A DNA stretch of 64,000 bases from Schmidtea polychroa (Eukaryota). Numbering within the stretch: the stretch's first letter is position 1; every line of letters begins with the position of its first letter. The notes under the pieces were generated by a model, which worked only from the letters and a program-made list of their open reading frames with translations, did no database searches and was not told where the DNA came from. The stretch spans positions 12,028,001 to 12,092,000 of the forward strand of contig CM097888.1 in the NCBI GenBank assembly GCA_044892525.1, given 5' to 3'. Of this stretch, positions 1 through 12,251 are shown piece after piece. Made by a program: the position numbers and the translations under genes.

Positions 1-1209
1 ATTTTCTAAATCATAGTTACAAACTCAGCAAATGTTTGTAAAGAATCTGTAAATGGTCATCCAGGTGGCCAGAAAACCACAATGTCGTTGAGAATAGTGT
101 CGAACACATCGGCACTGTTGCTTAGAACACGTTTGCGCCACATAAACTCACATAATCACATAAATCACAGATAGCCTTAATAAATTCATGTTCAATAACG
201 TCATCAATAATGTATTCTCTCATTTTTTATATTGTTATTTTAATTGTATTTTATAATTTAATTTTTGGGGGTAAGATAACACGGAAGTACCTAACTTTTT
301 TTCGTGATAAAATAAGCCCCAGAAACCTGTGTAGGATCAAGACAAATGCTTTACCATAGGTTTTGTCCATAGGTAAGTCCAACTCAGTGACATAATAACG
401 ATTTATCTGAGTTGCAGTCTCTGCTTAAATTGAAGTAGGATATTAATTCAAGAAAATTCAAGAAATAATCAATTCTTTATCACGTTGACTGCCATATGCC
501 CCGTCCGCAGTACACAGTACATTTTTATACATATGCCACGTGTAGCGCCGGCGGTACATACATAATACTACTGAATAATCATGTTTTTCTTGTGGCAGTG
601 GGCTTAAACTGTTTATTTATATACAGTGGCACCTTGATAAAAGTAAATTAAGGTTTGAGAATAAGCGAACAAAGAATATAACGATTAATGAACATATTTA
701 GATATTTCCTGTTAGGTAAAGATCTGAAAGCATCTAATAGTCAGTTTAATAGCAAAGAAAATTATAAACTCAGAAAAATATTTTCGGTGAAACAAATGTA
801 AATTTGTCGAATGTAACGAAGTTCAAAGAAATATATCGTAAAAATTTTAAAATGTTGAACTTGACTTTTTTGAATTTTGATGAGGTAGGCTATTAAAATA
901 CGTATTTTTCATACTATATACGTTTCACAAGAGTATTAAATTATTATATTTTTATTAAAACCATAAATGTCAAAAATGCTTTAATTTTGCAAAATATAAA
1001 TATATTGAAATTACCAAGGAAAATTATTCTTTTCAATTAAAACTGTTTTAATAATAATTAAATTTTAAAAAATAATTATTGAATTAATCCAATTTTGATT
1101 AAAACAAACAAAAATTATGGAAAATAGTAACTTGTGTATAACTTATGTATACTTATTTGTATTAAACAAATATTAAACAAATAGTTAAAATTAAGATAGT
1201 TATGCTAAC

Positions 1210-1587
1210 CTCTGCCTTTTGAATCCATTTGGCTACTTCTCCTCGGCTTATGCCTTTTACAGATTTTTTATCTATTGCAGTAATTTCATCCCCAGATTCC
1301 AATGTGCCATCCTTAGCGGCTACCGTATTATCAAAAATCTGTACAATATAAATGCATGGACAGTACGGAATTCCTCCGCCAATACTAATTCCAATAAGAC
1401 TATGTTTGTCTTTATTTAAAACTACTGATCCACTTGTAACTCGGATTCCACTAAATAATAAAATAATATTTAAAAATGTTATTTATTACCATTTATCTTC
1501 TTGAGGAAAACTGTTCATAATATCTTCAAATTCAATCACTTCAAAATCCGGGTCCAATGTTTTTACATCCAAAAATTTATCTCCCAT
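1210..1587 (-). CDS. PICK1: PICK1 (PRKCA-binding protein), first two coding exons covering the N-terminus and PDZ domain; the downstream BAR-domain exons are not found in the window
   Basis: Exon 1 is 1587-1490, followed by a 39-nt GT-AG intron (1489-1451), exon 2 (1450-1210) and a GT donor at 1209. Spliced translation: MGDKFLDVKTLDPDFEVIEFEDIMNSFPQEDKCGIRVTSGSVVLNKDKHSLIGISIGGGIPYCPCIYIVQIFDNTVAAKDGTLESGDEITAIDKKSVKGISRGEVAKWIQKAE. This matches the PICK1 PDZ signature (LIGISIGGG..YCPC.YIVQ.FDNT.AA.DGT...GDEIT). The ORF track missed it. Confidence 0.9.
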
Positions 1588-1851
1588 ATTGAATAATATG
1601 AATATTTATATTGTAAACAAATAACAATATGATTTCTTCTGAATTAGTTTTTAGAAAATGTTACATTAAAGATTTTGCACATATAGCACTCAATTTAATC
1701 AATATCAATCCGACGCATTGCTGTAGTACATTGATAAATTAACCAATCATATTCTGCTATTTTCAATTAACTATTTTTTGCTTTTATTTCTTTTATTTTC
1801 AAAAAATCACCAATTAATTTTTCTATTTCATTACATAATTGTGTGTAACAA

Positions 1852-1858
1852 ATATATA

Positions 1859-1898
<40 letters not shown>
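1852..1898. repeat. (TA)n microsatellite at the left end of the hAT element
   Basis: About 23 TA units directly abutting CAGGGCCGGC at 1899. Confidence 0.95.
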
Positions 1899-1901
<3 letters not shown>

Positions 1902-4900
1902 GGCCGGCTTTAGTTGGAAGCGGTGGATGCAAAGCATCGGGGCGCCTCTCGGAAAGGGCGCTATAAAATTTAGAATTTTAGTTTCTTTTTAATATTTAAC
2001 AAAAAAGCCATTAACAAATTTTTTTTAATAAGAATTTTTTTTTTTTTAAATAAAATTTCCTTGAAAAACTACTGGCCTACTAGTTTTCGAAGTGTTTAAG
2101 AATTGTTTAATTATTTCGCAAAACAAAATAAATTATACATGCATAAATTTATTTTGAAACGGCCTGCTATATTCGGTTTAGTTATTTCGATTAAAAAAAT
2201 TAATGCTAAAAAAATTATTTTAAAAGTCTACCAGTTCTATTCAGTTTTCAATCAGTTCAGTTGTTATTTGGTAAACTTTTTTCGCTAATAAAAAAAAATT
2301 TAATATTAAAATTTTAATAGTAAAATAAAAAAGTGTTCAGTACAGTTTAATAGTAAAAAAGTGTTTTGTTTCAGTACATTAGTTATTTTGCGGAATTGAA
2401 TCATTGTACGGTGGTAGGTATTATTTAATTATTTTTATCTTTACTTCTAAAATTTATATTTTTTTAATTGAAAAATTTTTATTAGCTTACCTATATCATA
2501 AAATATGAATTCAAAGACAAAATTATCCGGGTGTGAAAATCGAAAACGAAAGGCGAAGAGAGAGTTGGAGGAACAAAAAAATCAGGGAAGCCTTAACCAA
2601 TATTTAAAAAAAGCAAATTTGACAATACCTACAATAACGTTAACGGATGATCAGATTATTCCAGAGGATAGCACAAATGGTGAAGTTAGAAATAATGCCA
2701 CTAATGAGACACAATCTATAAATTTACAAACAGAAATAACATCTTCATCTAACAAAGAGCTTCAAACCATACATTTAACTGAAACTATAAGTAATAGTGC
2801 TGATTTTCATTCAATTGATCCCGCAACTTGGCCTAAATTTATTAATGATAAAATTAGAAAAATTATTATTGAGCAAGGACCAATGCAAATAAGGAAAGAA
2901 GTTTATCCCCGTGATAATGATGGACGAAGTTTTACTAATTATTATTACAATCGTAAATTACCTAATAATGAAATTATACCAAGATCATGGTTAGTTTATT
3001 CAAGTTCAGCAAACCGTGTTTTCTGTTTTTGTTGTAAATTGTTTATAAATCAAATAGAAGGAAACCAGCATTTGATTATAAATGGTTTTAGTTGCTGGAG
3101 AAATTTGTCAAAAACACTTGCAGCTCATGAAGTTAGTACATTACATGTTAATTGTTTTTTAAAGTGGACTCAATTAAAAAAGAAAATGAACAACTTAACT
3201 ACAATAGATGCTGAACTCGTAAAAGTATACGCAGTTGAAAAGAAACATTGGTACGCTGTTTTGGAGAGAATTGTCAAAATCATAAAATATCTTGCCAGAC
3301 AATGCCTGTCTCTGCGTGGCTCGTCAGATACTATCTATGAAAAAAATAACGGTAACTTTTTAAAATTTGTAGAACTTTTTTCTAAATTTGACATAGTAAT
3401 AGCAAATCATTTAGCAAAGATACAAAAAAAGGAGACACAAACAGTTCATTATTTAGGCAAAACTATACAAAATGAAATAATATCGTTGATCTCTTCGAAA
3501 ATTTTGCAAAATATTATTCAAATGATAATTAATGCCAAATATTTTTCTCTAATATTAGATTGCACTCCTGATATTAGTCATAACGAACAAATGACATTTA
3601 TAGCCAGATTTGTCAATAAAGATGAAAATAATGAAGTTGCAATAAGCGAACATTTTTTGGGATTTTTAAAAGTATCTGACTCCACAGGAAAAGGTTTAGC
3701 AACTTATCTTATTGACAACATTAAAGATTTAGGTTTGAATATTAATGATCTACGTGGACAAGGTTACGATAATGGCGCAAATATGCATGGGAAAAATAAT
3801 GGGGTCCAAAAACGTATTTTAAATTTGAATTCTCGTGCATTTTTCGTCCCATGTGCTGCACATACACTTAATTTAGTAGTGAATGATGCAGCCAAAATTA
3901 ACACAGAATCATTTAGTTTCTTTTCCACTATTCAAACAATTTATAATTTCTTTAGCGCTTCAACAAAACGATGGGAGTTCTTAAAAAAAAATACTAAAAT
4001 TACAGTAAAACCTTTGTCAGCCACCAGGTGGGAATCAAGAGTCGATGCCCTTCGTCCACTTAGGTTTTAAATAGCTGAAATTTTAGATGCTTTAGTTGAC
4101 ATTTATGAAAACCTAGAAATAGATAATAATACAAAGCATGAAGCTAAGGCTGTGGCTTTCAAAATAAAAGAGTATGAATTTATATGTTCAGTGGTTATTT
4201 GGTACGATGTTTTAAGTAAAGTTAACGTTGTTAGTAAACTGCTCCAAAATCCAAATCAAAACTTAAATGTTTCTTCAGTTGCGTTAAATAGTCTTATTAA
4301 ATTTATTGAAGAATATAGATCCGATGAAAATTTTAGTCTTATTCTTCAAACGGCAGACAATATAGCAGCTGATTTAGAAATACCTGCGAAATTCAAAGAT
4401 AATACGTTACGAAGAAGAAAGAAAAAAATTTTTGGTTATGAATCTGTAGACGAAACGCCAGTTGATCCGATACTTAAATATAAAATATCATTTTTTCTGC
4501 CAATTTTAGATATTACTATCAATTCTTTAAAAGAAAGGTTTAATCTTTTCACAAAATATAGTGAAAAATTTGAATTTATACATAATATAAATATGAAATT
4601 AACAAAATGGATGATAATACATTAAAAAAACATTGTTCTGATTTAGAAATAATGCTAACCGATGGCGAGAAAAAAGATATATCTGCAACAGAATTATTTA
4701 ATGAAATAAAAATAGCAAAGGAATTTTTGAAAGACTTTGAAATCCCACTAAACATCTTGCAATATATATATATAAAAATCTACTGGATTCCATTTTTCCC
4801 AATTTTGTAATTGCTATTAAAATATTTTTAACTTTACCAGTTTCAGTTGCTAGCGGAGAACGATCTTTTTCGAAGCTTAAACTAATTAAAAATTATTTAA

Positions 4901-5303
4901 GATCAACAATTTCACAAGAAAGATTAGTTGGTTTAGCAATGATATCGATTGAAAGTGATATATGCGACAAATTAGATATACATAATTTAATTGATGAATT
5001 TGCCAGTTTAAAAGCTAGAAAAGTAAATATCTAGAATAATAGTTTTGTCAATTTTTATACAAAATATATGTATGTTATGTAATTTTTGTATATTATAATA
5101 TTGTTTCAATAAAATAAAAAAATATATAAACAAAATAAAACCTGTATTTCACTTGGAAAAGAATTATTATTAATTTTTTAATGTTTTTATTACAAATTTA
5201 ATATTGCAAATTAAATTACGTTAATTCCAAAAAACCAATAAAATAAATGGGCGTCTAAAATTAGTTTCGCATCGGGGCGCTACTAATGCTAGAGCCGGCG
5301 CTG
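1899..5303 (+). mobile_element. hAT DNA transposon (Tip100/ZMYM1-like), copy 1
   Basis: 15-bp TIRs CAGGGCCGGCTTTAG (1899) and CTAGAGCCGGCGCTG (ends 5303), with 2 mismatches, enclose a transposase. No clean 8-bp TSD (TATATATA vs CACACATA). Confidence 0.95.
2505..5034 (+). pseudogene. hAT transposase (TTF zinc finger, DUF4371-like DDE core, C-terminal dimerisation domain), disrupted
   Basis: Motifs WLVYSSSANRVFCFCCKLF, SLILDCTPDISHNEQM, LRGQGYDNGANM, TRWESR and LPVSVASGERSFSKLKLIKNYLRST. Lesions: an in-frame TAA at 4068-4070 (PLRF*IAEI) and frameshifts near 4600 and 4770. Confidence 0.92.
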
Positions 5304-5699
5304 CACACATATATACATATATGGATATAATTTAAATTAATAATATTGATGTCGTTTTCAGGGGGGGGGATGTTACTAAAAATAGATTTTAGTGATTTTC
5401 CGTAATTTTATTGGAAGATAGGGCCATTGAAACTAAATTTAGAGATAGGGGAATCCCAAAATCAATAATTTGTTTTATAATTTTATTTCCATGAAATAAA
5501 GATAATTNNNNNNNNNNNNNNNNNNNNNNNNNNNNNNNNNNNNNNNNNNNNNNNNNNNNNNNNNNNNNNNNNNNNNNNNNNNNNNNNNNNNNNNNNNNNN
5601 NNNNNNNNNNNNNNNNNNNNNNNNNNNNNNNNNNNNNNNNNNNNNNNNNNNNNATGTTAATAATTATAATAAATGTAAGTTTATATATTTTTATAAGAT

Positions 5700-7260
5700 T
5701 ACCACTTATGGGGGGAGGGGTCATTTACGAAAATTTATGAATTTATATTTTTAAATGAGATATAATTTAACTGTATATGAATAGGATATAATTCAGTATA
5801 CCTACGTAATAGTTAATGGCTACATGATTTGAGGGGGTCGGTTAAATAAAAATACAAGTTATATTTTTAAAGGTAATATAAGTTGAACATATCTGAAAAC
5901 AAATTAAATTAGTACTTTTGGGTAATCCTTAATGACTATATGGTCTGAGGGGGGTCATTTATGAAAATGTACAATTTATAGTTTTAAATATAATATAAGT
6001 TAAATATATATTAAGATAAGCTAATTTAGTATATTTAGGTGGTAGTTGATGACTATATGGTTTATGGGGGGGGGGTCTTTAATGAAAAATTTTCAACTAT
6101 GATTTTAAAAGTAATATAAGTTAAGTATATATATAAAATAGTCCAAATGAGTGTATCAGGTAGTGGTTGATGGTTATATGAATTAAAGGGGTCATTTATC
6201 AAAATTTTCCAAATTTATATCGTAAAGGTAATGTATTAATATATTTAGACAATGATTAATGGTTAGGTGACCTGAGGAATTATTAAGTTTGATAACTGTA
6301 CATATATAAGTTAATTTATTACTATATATATTGTTCTCGCCAAATGTATAGTTTGAGGGGGTATTTATGAAAATTTACAATTTATATTTTAAAATATAAT
6401 TTAAGTTAAATGTATATTAAGATAAGCTAATTTAGTATATTTACGTGGTAGTTGATGACTATATGGTTCATGGGGGGTCTTTATTGAAAAATTTTCAACC
6501 ATGATTTTAAAAGTAATATAAGTTAAGTATATATATATAAAATAGTCTAAGTTAATGCTTTAAGGGAGTGGTTAATGGTTATATGATTTAAGAGAAAGTT
6601 ATTTATGGAAAAATTATAAATTATAGTTTTATAAATTTGGTATCTGTACATATATATGTTAATTTCTATTGTTTTCGACTATTCGGTAACTTAGGGGGTA
6701 GTTAGGGAAAGTTTAATAATTTATAATTTTATGGATTTATTTTCAATTTATAAGTAAGTTAAATCAGCACTCTTGACATAAATTTGAGCTACCATACTAC
6801 TTGAGGTAGGCATCTGTGAAAAAAGGTAAATCATACTTTTATAAGTTCTAATATGCTTATATATGCTTTATATTATTAACATTAGCCCCTTTTGATTATG
6901 ATATAACTTAGGGGGGGGGGGGTTCTAATGAAAGATTACAAATTGTACTTTATAAGTTCAAAATGTGCAATTATAGTTTGGAATATTTCTTTGAACATGT
7001 GTTTTGGCTATTATACAACCTGAGGAGGTATTTAGGGAAAATTTTATAAATTATAGTTTTATGAGTTTTTTATACATGTATGTAGTTTAGATTAATATTT
7101 TTAACATTGATTTTGACTATACAATTTGAGAAAAAAAATAAAAAATAAAAATTTTCTTAGAAAATTAAAATACATACTTAAGAGAATCTAGTATATATAT
7201 ATAACTTATATTAATAATCCTAAGGTTTTTCTTATTGCTACACCTCTTAGGGGTGGGACA
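5700..7260. repeat. Degenerate ~116-bp satellite array with a ~410-bp higher-order duplication
   Basis: The motif (GACTATATG)..TGAGGGGG(G)TCATTTATGAAAATTT..AATATAAGTTAA recurs at about 5710, 5832, 5948, 6064, 6187, 6356, 6472, 6590, 6692, 6910 and 7022. Segment 5945-6200 closely matches 6352-6610. Confidence 0.7.
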
Positions 7261-9792
7261 GTTGTACTTGAAAGTCTATATTTTCCTTGGTTTTGATTTA
7301 TGCTTTATGTTGAAATAATATTTATGCTTGCAAGTTATCCATGTAGCCTTGTTTTGGCTATGATGGAGAACAATTTTAACGTAGATTTATTTTGTGGACC
7401 CCTATATCATATCTAGAGAAATTTATGCCTGTAAAATATCATTTCAACAACTTTTGAGTCGAATGAAAAGCACTTTTAGTGGAAAATTGTTTTTGTTATG
7501 AATCTATATATTGTAATTACATAACATTTGTGTCGACAATTTACTTTTTATAGCTATTCAACTTAGTGTAGAATAATGTGAAGATGTTGCCCGAACTTAT
7601 AAGTTATAGATATAATATTAGTAGTTTATAGATAAAGAGACTTTGTCAATATGTCTACGGGAATTCGCGCATACCAAGACCATTACGATAGAGAAATTTA
7701 GTTTGCATCAAAATAGGTTATTTTGTGGGCATCTATAGATATTAGTTCGCTTACCAGTGCGATTGAGAATATATCATCTTAGGTCCTACTCATCGCATGA
7801 ACTTTAGGTTGCAGTATTCTTACAGGGAATAGTTCAGAATTTTTAAGTCTTTAATTGCCTTAAAAAATTTTTGCGCAGGGATCTCCCTGTTATTTTGAGT
7901 TAATTAGTTTCTTAGGTTCACATTGAATTTATAGTTTAAGAGGGATTCGTTTAGAAATAACCAGCTACACTAGCATGTTGTATTGTGTGAAATTTGAGTC
8001 AGGGGATATTCCCCGTTTATCAGTTCCTAATGTTGTGTGCAAAATAGTATAATTTAAGTGTTAATTTAGGTATGTAAGTTAACGAAAAGGTCGATTTAAT
8101 TAAAATTTACCTACTTTCCCGACCACACTGAGTACGGTACGATAGGTCCTATTGTGTTATTTACCCGCGATTAGTATCCCAAAATTTGTTGCGTCCGCAT
8201 AGTCCCTACGACTATACCAACTACCAAGATGAATTTACTCGCCCTACTCATGGTTAAACACCAATAGTTCGTGGCGACCTCTGGTTAAGATTATGATTTT
8301 AGTGCATGTAGGGTCAAGGACCCGAAATCATTATGAACTGTGCATTCATAAATGATAAAGTGCATAGGTGCAGGTTTGGCTGGGATCTCGCTTCAAAATC
8401 ATTGATAACCGACGATCTCATTCAAATCTACACCTCTATAATTAAATAGAAATAATGAAAACAAGGTTTCAATAATAATAATTTATAATTCACAATGAAA
8501 TCGTCCTTACTTACAATCTCAGAAAAATCAAAATCAAAAATTTGGCATAAGAGTAAAAATATTCATTTTCATCATTTTTTTTTTCTTGCTTAAAAAGTGA
8601 CGAAATGTGTTAGTTTATATAGCCTCTGTTTGACGTGTAAGTATACATGCGTGCATTGATGCAGTAAAACAAATTCGGATTATTTTAATTCTCGAACATT
8701 CGATTTTTAATTTTTATCGATTTTGATGGCGATTTTTCAGTAAGAATTTTTGTTTTTATTTTTGGAATTTTGTTTTTGAATTATTTTTTATTAAATTTGC
8801 CTCCATGATGGATTTCAGCATTTCCAGAACATTCCATGCTAAATTCGATCTATTTCTTATTTTTAAATGGTTTTTTTATGATTTCTTTTCTAAAATATTT
8901 ATTATTTTAAACTAAAATATTTATTTTTTATAAATTTTATTGGGTCGTTTGGCGGTCATGATGGATTTCGCCATTTTTATGAATTGTTCTGGATTTTTAT
9001 TCAAAATATCGATATAATTTTCTTTACGTAAGATTTTATGAAGATTTTCTTTAATTTTCTTTTTTAATTTTTACTAATCGCCTTTATTCGAATTTGTTTT
9101 TTGTTGTTTTATGTCTTTCGGTTATATTTGAGTAAGTTTTCGTGTAATACTTCTTGCTCGTGTTTTATTTTATTTTTAATTCAGATGTTTTATTTTTGGG
9201 TATATTATCTCTCTATTATCATTGTTTACTTGGTGTTTTATATATTTTTATTTAAGTAAACTTAATGCTGGGTATGCGTGTTGTGTACTGACACATTTCG
9301 TCCCATTCCTAACTTTGGGTTCAGAAATCAGTTCTAGCCCAACATTTTACTTCATCTCTTAGTTGTTGCCATCTACTTTGGACTTCTATGTAAAAATTTT
9401 CCATGGAAAACAAGTTTTAAATATTCCAAAAAATACGATATTTTATGATAAATGCTTTCTGTCAAAACATCGGCGATTACTTTAACATATTATATTGGAG
9501 TTATTTGTACCATACAGATATTGATTTTAAAGTCGCTATTAATTTATATTACTCTCAAGTTCATTTTTAGGTTCCTAATTTTTCAAAAACTATAAATCTC
9601 TTGACTTCAAAATGAAAAATTGACTCCACATTTTGTCTGATTTTGTATATACCTATTTTAATTTTACAGCCCTTTTTTGTGCTCACCAAAAAAAAATTAA
9701 TAAATTAAATATTTAATAGTTTTTTATCCAAGGATGTTCTCCTTATCTTCTCTGATTTCATCATTCTTCTTAACGTTCTTTCTTTTATTTTT

Positions 9793-10055
9793 AATGCTAC
9801 AAAAATTGGAGAGACTTCCCGTCATCTCTGTATTCGAGCTCGAGAACATTGTAGACCGAAGGCTTTGACCCATATTGGTGAGCACAATAAGGGCTGTAAG
9901 ATTAAAATAGGTATGTCTGATTTTAAAATGTTATTAAAAATTTTCGATAATTATTGGGAACGTGTGATTTGTGAGGCGTTGTTGATAAAATCATTGAATC
10001 GAAAATCAATGTGCAGAATGCAGTAAATACTTGTGTTTTGAGTGTTTTCAAATAA
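9793..10055 (+). pseudogene. Penelope-like retroelement GIY-YIG endonuclease C-terminal relic
   Basis: Translates as KIGETSRHLCIRAREH..HIGEHNKGC..DFKML..YWERVICEALLIKSLN, then after a frameshift KINVQNAVNTCVLSVFK*. This is the typical Penelope EN end (IGET.R.L..R..EH; EALLIK..P.LN.Q). Confidence 0.7.
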
Positions 10056-10331
10056 GTTTTTAAATAGGTTTTTAAATAGGTTTTTTTAATATTGTATGTA
10101 TTGATTGNNNNNNNNNNNNNNNNNNNNNNNNNNNNNNNNNNNNNNNNNNNNNNNNNNNNNNNNNNNNNNNNNNNNNNNNNNNNNNNNNNNNNNNNNNNNN
10201 NNNNNNNNNNNNNNNNNNNNNNNNNNNNNNNNNNNNNNNNNNNNNNNNNNNNNNNNNNNNNNNNNNNNNNNNNNNNNNNNNNNNNNNNNNNNNNNNNNNN
10301 NNNNNNNNNNNNNNNNNNNNNNNNNNNNNNN

Positions 10332-10407
10332 TACCTTTGTGAGCAATACCCATAGGGGGACAGAATATCTTGTCGGATAAACTCGGAGTATATATAATAA
10401 TAATAAT
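10332..10407 (+). repeat. Putative 3' end of a non-LTR element with a short (AAT)n tail, at a gap edge
   Basis: TACCTTTGTGAGCAATACCCATAGGGGGACAGAATATCTTGTCGGATAAA is about 78% identical to the reverse complement of 53230-53285. Both copies end in TATATA(TAA)n. Confidence 0.45.
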
Positions 10408-11388
10408 CCCTGTGTTTCAAAGACCTTTATTTTCAAATAATAATATCTCTTGGCGGGAACTCTCGAATTTCAAATTTAAAAAAATTGAACTTTACATTAA
10501 AAAATTTGACCTTGAAAAGAATTTTAAAAATTTCCCCTAGGGGGGAGGGGTATGTGATCCATCTTCTGGCCTTTCGATTGGAGCATTTTATTAATAGGTA
10601 TTTTGATTATTTGGGGTTCTCATACAGTTCGGCTCATTACACAACTCCGGTTTTCTAAACTGCTCAGGTTTCCCATTAGCGAATTAATTAATTTTAATTA
10701 CTTTGTTATTTCGTTATAACTTTCACTAAATTTTTATCATCATATTTGAGTTCGCTTCATGATTCAGCTTTCAAGCATACCCGTTTCTCACGAACAATAT
10801 TAAGTTTTAATGAATTTTAATTAATTTTTGCACTTTTATTATTTTGGTTTTTTTTTTATGTTACCCTTGCTTCTATTTTTTGTATGTATGTTGTCTATTC
10901 TTATCATGTTAAAGTATTCAAAAGAACACCTTGCTCCTAAAAAATATTTTGTAACGTGCCAATGTCTAGTCTTCTCTATCCGGTTCATATTTCTGACTTT
11001 TCGATATTCAATTTGAAATATACAGAATACTTGCAGTACATAATTTTAATATTATTCTTGACTAACCACCATTTAACAAAATTCAGTAAATTTTACGATA
11101 TATCCAAAAATAATTTATAGAAAAACAATATTTAGATAAGCCTAAATTTAAGCAACAAAACATAAAAATTATTAATGCTACCAAAATGATTTATAGTCGC
11201 TAAATTCACGTAGCACTGTTACAGAAAATTACAGACCGGTGTATTGATTATTCTCTAAATGTCAGCACCACTCTCTATGCATACAAACCGTATCAAATCC
11301 GAAACAAACAATATATTTTACATAATTTTTATAAAATCATTTTGATTGTTCAGTATTGAATTTTACAATATCATTCGATTTTATAATA

Positions 11389-11785
11389 ATGAAAAATATA
11401 GGATTTACATTATCATTAATTATTTGTTTCGTTGCCTTTTTACATACAAATTGCCAAAGTGACTTAATAAAGAAATATATTGAGAAAACTATTGACAATG
11501 AAGTTTCAAAGGCCTGTGGAAAAATGGAATGTAATTTGAATAACCAAAGTAAGAATTATTTTTATTAATTGATTTATTTGTAACAATTTAGTTTTGGAAA
11601 AATTCATTAATGCTAAATGCTGTATTAATGGCGCCGAAGCAAGTTGTTGCTATGGATTAACAAAGTTAAGCATAATTATAATTTCTGTTGTGACAAGTTT
11701 TATTATTCTAATCATTCTTATAAGTATTTGTGTTTGTTTATTCCAAAAACGTTCGTCACCTAGATACCAAAGGGCAGCCTTTTAA
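11389..11785 (+). CDS. Small Shisa-like single-pass membrane protein (117 aa, 2 exons)
   Basis: Exon 11389-11548, 43-nt GT-AG intron (11549-11591), exon 11592-11785. Protein: MKNIGFTLSLIICFVAFLHTNCQSDLIKKYIEKTIDNEVSKACGKMECNLNNQILEKFINAKCCINGAEASCCYGLTKLSIIIISVVTSFIILIILISICVCLFQKRSSPRYQRAAF. It has a signal peptide, a C-C-CC-CC ectodomain, one TM helix, a juxtamembrane CxC and a short tail. Confidence 0.8.
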
Positions 11786-12251
11786 TTTTGGAGGATAATA
11801 ATTTTCAATTTCATTAAAAACAAATAGATTATCATCACTTTTTGTAATTGTTATTTTAATAATGTCTCGTGTCATTTTTAATAAAATATTTGTATTAAAT
11901 TTCTTTAATAAAATATTTTTGGAAATACCACCAATACTTGTAATAGTTTTTACTATTCGCAATATTTTTAAAATATAAATTGACCTATGTTCTTTTAAAT
12001 TTTGAGCTGTCTCAAAAATCATATATATATAGATATGCATCATAACAAAAATTAATATTAACATAATTTACTAAAATACATTTATTATATAAACTTTAAA
12101 AAGCAAAAACTGTGATCATAAAGTTTTACTACATAAAAGAAAAAGTAAAATCAAGCATACCTGGTTTGAAATTACTAAACTTCTCAAGTTAGTTTAAAAT
12201 TTAATCTTAAGTTGGCATGAAAAGTTGAAAAATTACTGCCAGAGCTGCCTA

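Noticed and set aside
4068-4070. Alternative genetic code (TAA = Gln), suggested by in-frame TAAs at Gln positions
   Set aside because: UBE2Z, the Shisa-like gene and the intact gags use CAA for Gln, have no internal TAA, and end in TAA or TAG. The TAAs are confined to decayed elements.
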